A stretch of 64,000 nt of DNA from Rubricoccaceae bacterium (GCA_963789285.1 CAWBJZ010000002.1:422322-486321), one strand, 5' to 3'; numbered from the stretch's first letter, positions 32,863-44,011 are shown. The notes: generated by a model not told the origin, from the sequence alone. A program made the numbers and translations.

Positions 32863-32985
32863 AGTGGTAGGATCGGGGGGTGAGGTAAACGCGGAAGCAA
32901 CGGGAAGCGTGCGTTCCGCGGACGGCCTATGGTTCGTTTGAAAGCGAGAAAAGGTTCGTCTAGAATCGGTAGCGACGGCGAACAA

Positions 32986-33975
32986 TCAAGCGCGCACGTC
33001 CACGACGACGCGCCCGGTCGTCTGGCCGTCCACGATCCGGCGGCTCCATGCGGGCACGTCGGCCAGCCCGATCACCGTGCGCTCGACCGGCGCCAGCGCG
33101 CCGCGGCCGACGGCGTCGGCGAGCCGGTCCCAGGCGCGCTGGCGGAGAGGGCCGGGCGCGGTGTTGGAGTCGATGCCGGCCAAGGTGACCCCGCGCAGGA
33201 TGAATGGGAAGACCGTCGTCTCCAGCTCGGCGCCTCCGGCCAGACCGCACGCGGCGACGGTCGCGTGGCGGCGGCAGGCGGACAGGATCGACGCCAGCGT
33301 CGTGCCCCCGACCGAGTCCACGGCGCCGGACCAGACCCCGCGCACCATCGGCGCTTGCGGCCCATCGGCCAGTTCGGCGCGGCCGATGATCTCCGTCGCG
33401 CCGAGCTGGCGCAAGTAGTCGTGGGCCGATTCGGAGCCCGTCGCGGCGTGGACGTGGTGCCCGAGGTCCGCCAGCAGCGCCGTCGCGACCGAGCCGACGC
33501 CGCCCGACGCGCCCGTCACCACGACCGGGCCTCCGCCCGGCGCGACGCCCCCGCCTTCCAGCGCCAGCACGCTCAGCATCGCCGTGAAGCCGGCCGTCCC
33601 GATCCACATCGCGTCCTCGGCGGAGAGCGACTCCGGCAGCGCGACCAGGTGCTCGGCCGAGGCGCGGGCCTGCTCGGCGTAGCCGCCCCAGCGGTTCTCG
33701 CCGGTCCCCCACCCCGTCAGCACGACGCGGTCGCCGGCCGTCCACCGGTCCGACTCGCTGCTGGCGACGGTCCCGGCGAGGTCGATGCCGGGGACGAACG
33801 GGAAGTCCCCGCGCACGATCTTGCCCTCGCCCGTCACGGCCAGCCCGTCCTTGTAGTTCAGGCTCGAATGCGTGACGTCGATCAGGACGTCGCCGTCGGG
33901 CAGGCCGCTGGCCGGGACGTCCGCCAGCTCGGCGGTCATGGTCTTGTCGGCGGGGCGGATCAGGAGGGCGCGCAT
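32986..33975 (-). CDS. acuI: Acryloyl-CoA reductase/YhdH-type MDR oxidoreductase
   Basis: SSLNYKD, PGIDLAG, GTAGFTA, TGASGGVGS, PFILRGV. Confidence 0.8.
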   Translation of the reverse strand: MRALLIRPADKTMTAELADVPASGLPDGDVLIDVTHSSLNYKDGLAVTGEGKIVRGDFPFVPGIDLAGTVASSESDRWTAGDRVVLTGWGTGENRWGGYAEQARASAEHLVALPESLSAEDAMWIGTAGFTAMLSVLALEGGGVAPGGGPVVVTGASGGVGSVATALLADLGHHVHAATGSESAHDYLRQLGATEIIGRAELADGPQAPMVRGVWSGAVDSVGGTTLASILSACRRHATVAACGLAGGAELETTVFPFILRGVTLAGIDSNTAPGPLRQRAWDRLADAVGRGALAPVERTVIGLADVPAWSRRIVDGQTTGRVVVDVRA

Positions 33976-34048
33976 GGGCGGGTCGGGGTGAAACAGAGGC
34001 GGCGCCCCGGTCCGGAGACCAGGGCGCCGCGGCCGAAGCTAGCGCGAG

Positions 34049-34201
34049 CTAGAGAAGGAAGCCGATGACGGCCAGCACGATGGCGGCGATCAGGGCCCAC
34101 TTGGCCAAGTCCTTGGAGACGCCGGCGACGCCGCCGAAGCCCAGGAGGGCGGCGACGAGAGCGATGGCGGCCAGGATGAGAAAGACGGTCAGGAGGTCCA
34201 T
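34049..34201 (-). CDS. DUF1328 small membrane protein
   Basis: IALVAALLGFGGVAG motif. Confidence 0.75.
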   Translation of the reverse strand: MDLLTVFLILAAIALVAALLGFGGVAGVSKDLAKWALIAAIVLAVIGFLL

Positions 34202-34323
34202 GGTGAGCGGGGGTGGGTGGGAATGGATTCCTTGCACGCCCTTAGGGCACAGAAGGTTGCCTCACGCCGGAAGCGCTTCCAAAACAAGCTCCGTACCTTC
34301 CCAGCCCCCTTTCCCCGATCTCC

Positions 34324-35418
34324 GTGCCTCTCCAGACGACCCCGCTCCACGACCACCACCTCGCCCTCGGCGCCAAGATGGCGGAGTTCGGCGGCTGGGA
34401 CATGCCCATCCAGTACACCGGCATCCTAGACGAACACGCCGCCGTGCGCGAGCGCGCCGGGCTGTTCGACGTGAGCCACATGGGCGAGTTCAGGCTCCAG
34501 GGCCCCGACGCCCTGGCGCTGGCGCAGCGGCTGGTCACCAACGACGTGGGCAAGCTGGCGGACGGCGGGGCGCAGTACGCCGTGCTGTGCCACGAGTCCG
34601 GCGGTGCCGTGGACGACCTGCTGGTGTACCGGCTGGCCCAGGACGACGTGCTGCTCGTCGTCAACGCGGCCAACATCGACAAGGACTGGTTGCACGTCTC
34701 GGCCGTGGCGGACGCCGCCGGGCTGGACGTGGCGCTGGCGAACGAGTCGGACGACTGGGCGCTGCTGGCGCTCCAGGGACCGAACGCCTTCGAGGTCTTT
34801 GAACGCGCGACGGGCTCGGACGCGAGCGATATCCCGTACTACCACTTCCGCCAGCAGGACGGCGTGTTCGGGTCGGAGCGCGCGATCGTCTCGCACACCG
34901 GGTACACCGGCGAGAAGGGGCTGGAGCTGTACCTCTCCCCTAGCGCCGCCGGCACGGCGTGGGATGCGCTCGTCGAGGCCGGGGCGACGCCGGCCGGGCT
35001 GGGCGCGCGCGACACGCTGCGCCTGGAGGCCGGCTACTGCCTGTACGGCCACGAGCTCGACGACCAGACCACGCCCTACGAGGCCGGCCTGGGCTGGGTC
35101 GTCAAGCCCGACGCGGCGGACTTCGTCGGCCGCGACGCCTTGGTCCAGCAGAAGGCGGACGGGATCCTGCGCAAGCTGGTCGGGCTCAAGGTCGAGGGCC
35201 GCGGCATCCCGCGCGCCGGCTACCCCGTCGTCGACGGCGACGGGGCCGAGATCGGCGCCGTCACCAGCGGCAGCCAGTCGCCGGTTCTGTCGCAGGGCGT
35301 GGCGCTGGCGTACGTGCCCAACGACGCGGCGTACACCGAGGTCGGGACGGCGTTGGGCGTCTCCGTGCGGGGCCGGGTGCTGCCGGCGACGGTCGCCAAG
35401 CCGCCGTTCCACAAGTAG
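34324..35418 (+). CDS. gcvT: Glycine cleavage system aminomethyltransferase T
   Basis: LFDVSHMG, TGYTGE, GLGARDTLRLEAG. Confidence 0.95.
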   Translation: MPLQTTPLHDHHLALGAKMAEFGGWDMPIQYTGILDEHAAVRERAGLFDVSHMGEFRLQGPDALALAQRLVTNDVGKLADGGAQYAVLCHESGGAVDDLLVYRLAQDDVLLVVNAANIDKDWLHVSAVADAAGLDVALANESDDWALLALQGPNAFEVFERATGSDASDIPYYHFRQQDGVFGSERAIVSHTGYTGEKGLELYLSPSAAGTAWDALVEAGATPAGLGARDTLRLEAGYCLYGHELDDQTTPYEAGLGWVVKPDAADFVGRDALVQQKADGILRKLVGLKVEGRGIPRAGYPVVDGDGAEIGAVTSGSQSPVLSQGVALAYVPNDAAYTEVGTALGVSVRGRVLPATVAKPPFHK

Positions 35419-35655
35419 CGCCCTCGCCCGATACGGGGGCAGGTTGCACCGCCTCCGGCGGCGCGCTCTGGCACTGGCGGAGCGCGTCCCCCGCCTCCGC
35501 GGGGGCAGGCAGCCAGTCGGGCGCGGGGCCTGGCCAACGGGCGATGCGGACGCCTGGGGCGGGGTCCGATCGAACGAACGGCGGCGCGGTGGTACCTTCG
35601 GCTTTGCTCCACAGGTCGCCCGGGGGGACTCGGGTCGCCGTCGTCCCCCCCGAAC

Positions 35656-38238
35656 GTGAGCACGTCCCGTACCAAGAAGCGGTCGACCAAGAAGAAGGCC
35701 GACGCCGGCGGCTTCTCCCGCCAGCGCAAGCAGGAGATCCTCGGCATCCTGCTCATCGCGCTCGCCGTCCTGGCCGCGCTGGCGGTCGTGACCTACGCCC
35801 CCGCCGACGACCTCCGCCTGGAGAGCGAGCGGCTGGAGAACCTGGTCGACCGCGGCGACAACCGCTTCGACAACCTGCTCGGCTTCGTCGGCGCGACGCT
35901 GGCGCGGAGCCTGGTCGCCGGCCTGGTAGGCTACCCCGTCCTCTTGCCCATCGCGGCGCTGCTGGCGTGGGGCTGGCTGTTCCTGCGTCAGAAGACGCCG
36001 GTCTTCCTGCCGATGCTGACGGGGTTGTCGTTGATCGGCGCGCTGTTCCTGGCGTGCTTCCTGGCGTGGTTCACGTTCCGGTTCGGGGTCCCGTCGGAGG
36101 CGTGGAGCGGGGACCTGGGGACGGGCGTCTCGGGCTGGCTGGACTCCGTGCTCAAGCCGGTCGGCTCGTTCATCGTGCTGGCGGTGTCGGTGTTGGTGAC
36201 GATCCTCTTGGTCTACGACCGTGACATCCAGACGTCGCTGGACCGCGCCGAGGGCGCCGTGACCAGCCTGAAGTCGGGTGTGACCGAGCGGTGGGCGGGC
36301 TTCCGGGAGGGCGCCGCCGAGCGCAAGGTCCTCCGCCAGAAGGCACGCGACGACGCCCGCGCCGAGCGCGAGAAGGCCAAGAGCAAGCCCGCTCCCACGT
36401 CCAAGCCGAGCGCCCCAGCTCCGCCCCCACCCGCGCCGCCAGTGGCCCCGCCGACGCCTCCGACGCGGGCGCTGCCGACCGCGCCGCCGCCGATCGCCGC
36501 CGCTGTCTTTGGCGGGAAGCCGGCCCTCCCCTCCAACCCCGCCCCACTGGCGGACGCTGACGAGGCGGCGGCCGAGCCCGACGACGCGGTGCTGAACGGC
36601 CTGGTCGACGCCGAGCGCGCCGGGCCGGCGTTCCACGTCACCGGGCCCGTCGCCGAGGCCGAGGCCGACATCGACGGCGTCCAGGCCGCCCCGCTCGACG
36701 CGGGCGCCCTGCCCTACCAGCACCCGTCCATCGAGTTGCTGGAGCAGTCGGTCAACGACCAGGAGGTGGACCTGGACGAGATCGAGACCAACAAGCAGGT
36801 GCTGCTCGACAAGCTGGAGACGTACAACATCCAGATCGAGGCCATCGAGGCCGTCGTCGGCCCGACCGTCACGCGCTACGAGCTGACGCCGGCGCCGGCG
36901 TCAAGATCAGCCGCATCACGGCGCTCGAAGACGACCTCGCGATGGCGCTCGCGGCGTCCGGCATCCGCATCATCGCGCCCATCCCGGGCAAGTCGTCGAT
37001 CGGCGTCGAGATCCCCAACCGGACGCGCGAGATGGTCCGCCTCCGCCAGCTGCTCGCCACGACCGACTTCCGCGACGCCGCCCGGAGCGCCAAGATGGCC
37101 CTGCCGGCGCCCATCGGGAAGACCATCGAGGGCAAGGTGTTCATGGAGGACCTCGCCAAGATGCCGCACCTGCTGGTGGCCGGCGCGACCGGGTCCGGCA
37201 AGTCCGTCGGCGTCAACGCTCTTGATCGTGGGCCTGCTCTACGCCAAGCACCCGGCCGACCTCAAGTTCGTGATGGTCGACCCCAAGAAGATCGAGCTCA
37301 ACGGCTACGCCGAGCTCTTGAACCACTTCTCGGCCATGCCCGAGGACGCCGAGGACCCCATCATCACCGACTTCACCGAGGCCGCGGCGGTGCTCCGGTC
37401 CTGCGAGCGCGAGATGGAGATCCGCTACGACCTGCTGGCGGAGGCCGGCGTGCGAGGCATCGAGGAGTACAACAAGAAGTTCGCCGCCGGCAAGCTGGCG
37501 GACCTCGGCAAGGACCACAAGCACCTGCCGTACATCGTCGTCATCGTCGACGAGCTGGCCGACCTGATGATGACGTCGGCCAAGGAGGTCGAGGCGCCCA
37601 TCGCCCGACTGGCGCAGATGGCGCGCGCGGTCGGCATTCACCTGGTGCTGGCGACGCAGCGTCCGTCGGTCGACGTCATCACGGGGCTCATCAAGGCCAA
37701 CTTCCCGTCGCGGATGGCCTACCAGACCTCGTCCAAGATCGACTCCCGCACGATCATCGACGGCGGCGGCGCCCAGCAACTCGTCGGCAACGGCGACCTG
37801 CTCTACATGAACGGCTCGCGCCTGACCCGACTCCAGGGCCCGTTCGTGTCGGTCGGCGAGGTCGAGGCCGTGGCCGGCTTCATCTCGGGCCAGGAGGGCG
37901 CGGGGCCGTACCTGCTCCCGCCGATGGAGGCCGCCAGCGACGCGCCCAAGGGCTCGGCCGGCGACTCCTCGACCGACCGCGACGAGCTGTTCGAGGACGC
38001 GGCCAAGGTGATCGTGCGCAGCCAGCAGGGCTCGGTCTCGCTCTTGCAGCGCAAGCTGTCGGTCGGCTACACCCGGGCCGCCCGGCTGGTGGACCAGCTG
38101 GAGGACGCCGGGATCGTCGGCCCGTTCGAGGGCTCGAAGGCGCGCGAGGTCCTGATCCCGGACGAGTTCCAACTCGACGCCCACCTCGGCGGCGCCGAAG
38201 CCATCCCGACCGTCTCGGACACGACGTCGAGCGCGTAG
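35656..38238 (+). CDS. ftsK: DNA translocase FtsK with two compensating frameshifts (~36895 and ~37220)
   Basis: 4-TM N-terminus; GPTVTRYEL; IRIIAPIPGK and GATGSGKS lie in a shifted frame (36942 ORF); DPKKIEL, DELADLM, ATQRPSVDV, gamma domain LQRKLSVGYTRAAR. Confidence 0.92.
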   Translation: MSTSRTKKRSTKKKADAGGFSRQRKQEILGILLIALAVLAALAVVTYAPADDLRLESERLENLVDRGDNRFDNLLGFVGATLARSLVAGLVGYPVLLPIAALLAWGWLFLRQKTPVFLPMLTGLSLIGALFLACFLAWFTFRFGVPSEAWSGDLGTGVSGWLDSVLKPVGSFIVLAVSVLVTILLVYDRDIQTSLDRAEGAVTSLKSGVTERWAGFREGAAERKVLRQKARDDARAEREKAKSKPAPTSKPSAPAPPPPAPPVAPPTPPTRALPTAPPPIAAAVFGGKPALPSNPAPLADADEAAAEPDDAVLNGLVDAERAGPAFHVTGPVAEAEADIDGVQAAPLDAGALPYQHPSIELLEQSVNDQEVDLDEIETNKQVLLDKLETYNIQIEAIEAVVGPTVTRYELTPAPASRSAASRRSKTTSRWRSRRPASASSRPSRASRRSASRSPTGRARWSASASCSPRPTSATPPGAPRWPCRRPSGRPSRARCSWRTSPRCRTCWWPARPGPASPSASTLLIVGLLYAKHPADLKFVMVDPKKIELNGYAELLNHFSAMPEDAEDPIITDFTEAAAVLRSCEREMEIRYDLLAEAGVRGIEEYNKKFAAGKLADLGKDHKHLPYIVVIVDELADLMMTSAKEVEAPIARLAQMARAVGIHLVLATQRPSVDVITGLIKANFPSRMAYQTSSKIDSRTIIDGGGAQQLVGNGDLLYMNGSRLTRLQGPFVSVGEVEAVAGFISGQEGAGPYLLPPMEAASDAPKGSAGDSSTDRDELFEDAAKVIVRSQQGSVSLLQRKLSVGYTRAARLVDQLEDAGIVGPFEGSKAREVLIPDEFQLDAHLGGAEAIPTVSDTTSSA

Positions 38239-38600
38239 CCGGAACATGGGCGGGGCCGGGCGTCCCACCACAGGCACCCGACCCCGCAAATGCCCTACCG
38301 CGTAGCGGTGAGGGCAGTCCTGAATATGTCAGGCCGGCGGTGGTCGTTCCATGCCGCCGGTCTCGGTGGTATCGGCGGACGGACCCCGGAGTTTCAGTCT
38401 CAGCCTGAAGTAGAGACGGGCCAACGCTTTAGAGCGACCCGAGTAGCCGGAATATGCTGCCGCGCTGGTCTACGAAGACGCGGTTTGGTAGGAGCCTCGA
38501 GCAGTTGGCACAGCTCAAGCAGCGCCCGACCCGCGCGAAGGAGAATGGCGGAAGGCCCGCCATGGAGGCGACAGCCGCCCGAGTCGAGCGTTGGTGAGGC

Positions 38601-39230
38601 ATGACGACCATCATCGACTACGGCATCGGCAACCTGCGCTCGCTCGCCAAGGCGTTCGACGCCGCCGGCGTCCCCGTCCGCCGCACGGGCGACCCCGACG
38701 AGGTCGCGGCGAGCGACCGGCTGGTGCTGCCCGGCGTCGGGGCGTTCGGCGCCTGCGCCGACGAGCTACGAGACCGCGGCCTCGACCGCGTCGTCCGCCA
38801 GCGGGCCCAAGCCGGCGTCCCGCTGCTGGGCGTCTGCGTCGGAATGCAGCTGCTGTTCGAGGGGTCCGACGAGCGCGGCGAGCACGACGGCCTGGGGCTC
38901 TTGCCCGGCCGGGTGACGAGGTTCGCGTCCAACCTCGCTGGCGAGGACGGGCGGCGCCTCAAGGTCCCCCACATGGGCTGGAACCGGCTGCAGGCGCTGC
39001 GCCCGCACCCCGTCGTGGGCGACGACGACTGGATGTACTTCGTCCACTCCTACCACGCCGCGCCGGTGGAGCCGTCGGACTTGCTTGCAATAACAGAGTA
39101 CGGCGGCCGAGTGCCCGCCGTCGTCGGCCGCGGCAACGTCGTCGGGGTCCAGTTCCACCCCGAGAAAAGCGCACGAGCCGGACAGGCCTTGCTGCGTAGG
39201 TTCGCGGACTGGACGCCCCCCACCGCCTAG
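38601..39230 (+). CDS. hisH: Imidazole glycerol phosphate synthase glutaminase subunit
   Basis: DYGIGNL, LPGVGAF, GVCVGMQ, QFHPEKS. Confidence 0.95.
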   Translation: MTTIIDYGIGNLRSLAKAFDAAGVPVRRTGDPDEVAASDRLVLPGVGAFGACADELRDRGLDRVVRQRAQAGVPLLGVCVGMQLLFEGSDERGEHDGLGLLPGRVTRFASNLAGEDGRRLKVPHMGWNRLQALRPHPVVGDDDWMYFVHSYHAAPVEPSDLLAITEYGGRVPAVVGRGNVVGVQFHPEKSARAGQALLRRFADWTPPTA

Positions 39231-39233
39231 GCC

Positions 39234-40031
39234 ATGCTCGTCATCCCCGCCATCGATCTCCGCGACGGCCGCTGCGTCCGCCTCCGACAGGGCCGCTACG
39301 AGGACGAGACCGTCTACTTCGACGACCCCGTCCGCATGGCCAAGCTGTGGCGCGTGATGAACGCCAAGGTGCTGCACCTGGTGGACCTGGACGCGGCGCG
39401 GACGACGGTCGAGGGCGACAGCCACAACCGCGAGGTCATCGCCGAGGTCGCCCGGACGCTGGACGTCCCGGTCCAGGTCGGCGGCGGCATCCGCACGCTG
39501 GAGCACATCCAGTCGATGCTGGACCTGGGCGTCTACCGCGTGGTCCTGGGCACGGCGGCCGTCCGGAACCCCGACCTGGTGAGCCAGGCCGTCGAGCGGT
39601 TCGGCGCCAGCCACATCGTCGTCGGCATCGACGCGAGCAAGGGCGAGGTCATGACCGAGGGCTGGGAGGCCGGGTCGGGCGTCGGCGCCGTCGAGCTGGC
39701 GGTCGACATGGAGCGGCGGGGCGTCCGGCGGATCGTCTACACCGACATCAGCCGGGACGGGACGCTGGAAGGCCCCAACATCGAGGCCTACCGCGAGATG
39801 GCGGCCCAGCTGACGCGCGCCAAGATCACGGCGTCGGGCGGCGTCGGCGAGTACCGCGACCTGCTGGCGCTCCAGGCCGTCGAGCACGAGGGCGTGGACT
39901 CCGTCGTCGTCGGCCGCGCGCTCTACGAGAACCAGTTCCCGTGCCAGCAATTCTGGTGCTGGCACCGCAAGGACGAGGTGGACCTCGACCGCTTTTCGAC
40001 GGCGCGGATGGCGTTGAGGAATCAGGGATGA
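39234..40031 (+). CDS. hisA: ProFAR isomerase
   Basis: [27 protein letters not shown]. Confidence 0.95.
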   Translation: MLVIPAIDLRDGRCVRLRQGRYEDETVYFDDPVRMAKLWRVMNAKVLHLVDLDAARTTVEGDSHNREVIAEVARTLDVPVQVGGGIRTLEHIQSMLDLGVYRVVLGTAAVRNPDLVSQAVERFGASHIVVGIDASKGEVMTEGWEAGSGVGAVELAVDMERRGVRRIVYTDISRDGTLEGPNIEAYREMAAQLTRAKITASGGVGEYRDLLALQAVEHEGVDSVVVGRALYENQFPCQQFWCWHRKDEVDLDRFSTARMALRNQG

Positions 40032-40097
40032 GGAATCAGGGACCAGCCTCTCCCGCGGCCGTTCCCCTGATTCCTGTCTGCTGACTCCTGATTCCTA
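40017..40097. repeat. Inverted array of short AGGAATC/GATTCCT-type repeats
   Basis: GAGGAATCAGGGA occurs twice, followed by CCTGATTCCT...CTGACTCCTGATTCCT. Confidence 0.7.
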
Positions 40098-40104
40098 CAC
40101 CCCA

Positions 40105-40879
40105 GTGCTCGCCAAGCGCATCATCCCCTGCCTCGACTTGCACGACGGCCGCGTCGTCAAGGGCGTGCAGTTCGTGGACCTGGTCGACGCCGGCGACCCC
40201 GTCGAGCAGGCCCAGTTCTACGACCAGTCGGGCGCGGACGAGGTCGTGTTCCTGGACATCTCGGCCACGCACCAGGGCCGGGCGACGCTCTACGACACCA
40301 TCCGCCGCGCCGCCGACCAGGTGTTCATCCCGCTCACCGTGGGTGGAGGCGTCCGCGCCGTCGAGGACGTCCGCGCGCTGCTGGACGCCGGGGCGGACAA
40401 GGTGGCCATCAACTCCGCCGCGCTCTCCGACCCCGACCTGCTGACGCGCGCCGCCGACGCCTTCGGCTCGCAGTGCGTCGTGCTCGCCATCGACGCCAAG
40501 CGGACCGGCGAGACCGCCAGTGGCTGGGAGGTGTTCACGCACGGGGGCCGCCGGGCGACCGGGCGCGACGCGGTTGCGTGGGCGGCGGAGGGCGTCCGGC
40601 TGGGCGCCGGCGAGCTGCTGGTGACGAGCATGGACCGCGACGGCACGCGCGACGGCTACGACCTCGACCTGCTCCGCGCGCTCGACGACGCCGTGGACGT
40701 GCCGGTGATCGCGTCGGGCGGCGCGGGCACGCTCGATCACCTGCGCGACGGACTCGACTGAGGGCCGCGCCGACGCCGTCTTGGCCGCCTCGATGTTCCA
40801 CTTCCGCGAGGTCACCGTCGCCCAGGCCAAAGCGCACCTGCTGGCGGCGGGCGTCGCCATCCGCCCCGTCGACCTATGA
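40105..40879 (+). CDS. hisF: Imidazole glycerol phosphate synthase cyclase subunit, frameshift near 40755
   Basis: RIIPCLD, FLDISAT, TSMDRDG, IASGGAG; C-terminal [11 protein letters not shown] continues in another frame. Confidence 0.92.
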
Positions 40880-41211
40880 GTAGCGCCTCGGACAACTTGA
40901 ACCTGGGCCGCCGGCTCGTCCGCGCCGGCATCGGGGCCGTGATCGCGTTCTTGGCCTTCGTCGGCGGCTACTTGGTGTGGGCGGCCATCGCCAACCCCGA
41001 CGTCCGGCTCAAGCCGCAGTGGCTCCCGGAGGGCCAGTCGTTCGACCACTCGTACTGGATCCCGGTCTTGCTGGTGACGCTGGGCGGCGCCGTGCTGGTC
41101 GGGATCGTGCTCGTCAAGGCGTACCGCCGGATGCAGTCGGGCGAGGACCTGTACGAGCAACGGTTGGGTCGCGGCCTCAGGCGACGCGGCGAGCAGCACA
41201 TCGACGAGTAG
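40876..41211 (+). CDS. Membrane hypothetical protein
   Basis: Two TM segments; ATGA overlap with hisF. Confidence 0.65.
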   Translation: MSSASDNLNLGRRLVRAGIGAVIAFLAFVGGYLVWAAIANPDVRLKPQWLPEGQSFDHSYWIPVLLVTLGGAVLVGIVLVKAYRRMQSGEDLYEQRLGRGLRRRGEQHIDE

Positions 41212-41418
41212 TCGGCTCCAGCGGACGCCCGCGTCCGACTCTCTCGACACGTCCCGCCAGTGCAACGTGACGGAATCGGGATGGCGAGCGGCGTACCGAG
41301 CGCACAGGGCCGGGCCGGGCCGGCGGATGTTTCGAAAGTGTGGCGCGAGCGCCGGCGGCACGCGCGTTGGATGAACGCCTGGCGTCTCTTGTTTTTCGGA
41401 CCCCTTCCCCCCACCCCC

Positions 41419-42045
41419 ATGACCTCCACGCTACGCACCCGCCTGGCCGCCCTCGCCCTGGTGGCGGCCGTCGCCGCGCCGACCGTCCAGGCGCAGTCGG
41501 CGCAGGCCGTCGCCCAGCGGCTCCAGCAGCGCTACGGCGCCATCGAGTCCCTGCGCGCCACGTTCGTCCAGACGACGGGCGGGCAGCGCCTGAACGGCAC
41601 GATCTCCGTCAAGGACAACGCCTTCCGTCTCGACCTGGGCAGCCAGGTGCTCGTCACCGACGGCGGCACGCTGTGGTCGTACTCCCGGGACGACGAGCAG
41701 GTCGTGGTCCAGGACTACGACCCGGCCACGGTCGGCTTCTCGGTCGGGCAGCTGTTCACGAACTACCTCGACGTGTTCCGCGTGACCAGCGCCTCGCGCG
41801 CCACCATCGGCGGCGTCCGCCACGACGTGCTGACGTTGAGGCCCCGCCAGTCGGGGATGTCGGTCCGCGACGCGACGCTCTACGTCCGCTCGTCGGACGC
41901 CGTGCCGACGCGCGTCCGCGTCCACGACACGTCGGGCGGCACGCTGGCGTTCGACTTGCGCGACGTCGAGCGCGACGTGCGGCTGCCGGCCTCGACGTTC
42001 CGGTTCACCGCCCCGCGCGGGACCGAGGTCGTCGACCTCCGCTAG
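41419..42045 (+). CDS. lolA: Outer membrane lipoprotein carrier LolA family protein
   Basis: Signal peptide, ATFVQT, LVTDGGTLWSY, FRFTAPRG. Confidence 0.75.
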   Translation: MTSTLRTRLAALALVAAVAAPTVQAQSAQAVAQRLQQRYGAIESLRATFVQTTGGQRLNGTISVKDNAFRLDLGSQVLVTDGGTLWSYSRDDEQVVVQDYDPATVGFSVGQLFTNYLDVFRVTSASRATIGGVRHDVLTLRPRQSGMSVRDATLYVRSSDAVPTRVRVHDTSGGTLAFDLRDVERDVRLPASTFRFTAPRGTEVVDLR

Positions 42046-42111
42046 AACCCCACCCCGTGCGCGACGTTGGGCGCGGAGCTTGGCTCCGCGCCCTTCCTAT
42101 TTTGGCCCCCT

Positions 42112-43132
42112 ATGTCCGACCGCCTGAAAGGCGCCCTGTCCCTGGTCGTGAGCCTGGCGTTCGGCGGCGGGCTGCTGTGGCTGGCGTTGCGAAACGCGGA
42201 TCTGGCGGCCGTGGCGGACGCGCTGGCACGAGGCGAGTGGGTCTGGATCGTCCCGTTCGTGGGGGCCGGCGTGGCGTCGGTCGTGCTGCGGGCGTGGCGC
42301 TGGGGGATGCTGATCGACGCGCTGCCCGAGCGCACCGGGCGCGTGCCGCTGAGGCCTGACCTCGGCGTCGGTCGCCATCGGCTACTTGGTCAACTACGCC
42401 GCGCCCCGGCTGGGCGAGGTAGCGCGCGCGGCCAACGTGTCGCGGGCCGCGAAAGCCCCGTTCGCGGCCGTCTTCGGGACCGTCGTCGCCGAGCGCGTGC
42501 TGGACGTGATCGCGCTCGCGCTCGCGCTGGCCTCGGTCGGCGTCCTGTTCAGGGATCAGATCGGCGGCATCCTGGGCGACGCGGCCGCCAACGTCGGCCG
42601 CCAGTTGGCCGCGACGCCGGGGTGGGCCGTCGCGCTGGCGGTCGCGGTCGCCGTGGTGCTGGCCGTCGTCGCCGTCGTGGTGGTTCGGCGCGGACGAGGG
42701 AAGATCGCCGGCCTGCTGGCGTCGTTCCGAGACGGGCTGCTGTCGGTCGGGAAGACGGGCCGGGCCGGGGCAGTGCTGCTGTCCACGGTTCTGCTCTGGG
42801 CGACCTACGGGCTCATGGCGGACCTCCCCCTGCGCTTGCTCGGGATCGACGAGGCGTACGGGCTGGGGATCGTGGACGCCTGGGCGGTCATGGCGATCGG
42901 CGGGATCGGGATGGCGCTGCCGGCGCCGGGCGGGACGGGCTCGTTCCACTACGCGACCGTCCAGGCGCTGACGCTGCTGTTCGCGGTCGCCGTCACGCCG
43001 GCCGCCACCTACGCCCTCTTGGTCCACGCCGCCGGCATCGTGTTCTACTGCGTCCTGGGCATCGGGGCGCTGGTGTGGCAGGGGACCACGTTCGGGGCGG
43101 TCGCCGGGCAGGCGCGCGCCCAGCAGGCATGA
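42112..43132 (+). CDS. Lysylphosphatidylglycerol-synthase TM (UPF0104 flippase-like) protein, frameshift near 42355
   Basis: LRAWRW, then in the next frame NYAAPRLGEVARA, ERVLD, PGGTG. Confidence 0.8.
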
Positions 43133-43524
43133 AGCGGACGGCGTTGGCGGGAGTGGTGGGGGTGCTCGGGGTCGTGCTGGCCGTCGTGCTCCTCGCCCGC
43201 CAGCCGGGCGGGATCGGCCGGGAGCGCGTCGAGGTGGCGGACGCGACGGCGGCCATGCTGGACACCCTCTCCGTACGTGGCCGCGTCGTCCAGGCGTCGG
43301 TGAGCGGCTGGGTGGTGCAGGACGGGCGCGAGGGCGAGGTCTGGGTCTCGTCCGGGGGCGACGCCTTCCCGATGCGGTTCCCCCCCGGAGCCGAGTTCGA
43401 GGTCGAGGACCGGGTGCTGGCGACGGGCCGGCTGAGGGCGCGCGGGGGGCGCCGCTGGCTGGAGGTCACATCGTGGGCACACGTCGAGGCGGCGGTCTCG
43501 GCACCGCCGGACCCGGGCCTCTAA
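43129..43524 (+). CDS. Membrane-anchored hypothetical protein (possible OB fold)
   Basis: N-terminal TM segment; ATGA overlap with the upstream gene. Confidence 0.55.
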   Translation: MKRTALAGVVGVLGVVLAVVLLARQPGGIGRERVEVADATAAMLDTLSVRGRVVQASVSGWVVQDGREGEVWVSSGGDAFPMRFPPGAEFEVEDRVLATGRLRARGGRRWLEVTSWAHVEAAVSAPPDPGL

Positions 43525-43621
43525 CCATTCGCTGGCGCCTCTTGACCGTTCGCCGGGTCCGCCCATTGTTGCCCTGGGAGAATGCGTACCGTCCCTTCAG
43601 ACGATCACGCCCCCCACCGCA

Positions 43622-43870
43622 ATGGAGCTTTCTCTCGATCAGAACCCCCTCGGAGACCTGGTGCCCGCCGAGGTCTACCAAATGCTCGAATCGCACAACT
43701 TGCTCAACGAGAAGGGCGTGCGCGATTACCAGATCCGCCAGCAGTTCCGGTCCATGCGGGCCGAGGACGTGCCGGCCTACGAGGCCATCGAGGAGCTGCG
43801 CGGGCAGCACCCCTACCTCCAGTTCGACACGATCCGCAAGATCGTCTACGGCCTGCGGCGCCGCTCCTAG
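43622..43870 (+). CDS. Small hypothetical protein, possibly HTH-like
   Basis: NEKGVRDYQIR...HPYLQFDTIRKIVY; typical codon usage. Confidence 0.7.
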   Translation: MELSLDQNPLGDLVPAEVYQMLESHNLLNEKGVRDYQIRQQFRSMRAEDVPAYEAIEELRGQHPYLQFDTIRKIVYGLRRRS

Positions 43871-44011
43871 GCGCCCAACGAGTCTCCCCAGGGTTGGGTG
43901 AGACGGACCGGCTGCGGCCGGCCCGACAGAGGGATCGGCGGGGCGGCCTTGGGCCGCCCCGCCGTGTTTTTGTCCGCCCACTGGCGGAGGCCGTCTGCCA
44001 GTGGGGCGCGA

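Noticed and set aside
36890-37225. Programmed frameshifting in ftsK
   Set aside because: Two compensating indels bracket the Walker A region with no slippery sequence; sequencing error is far more parsimonious.
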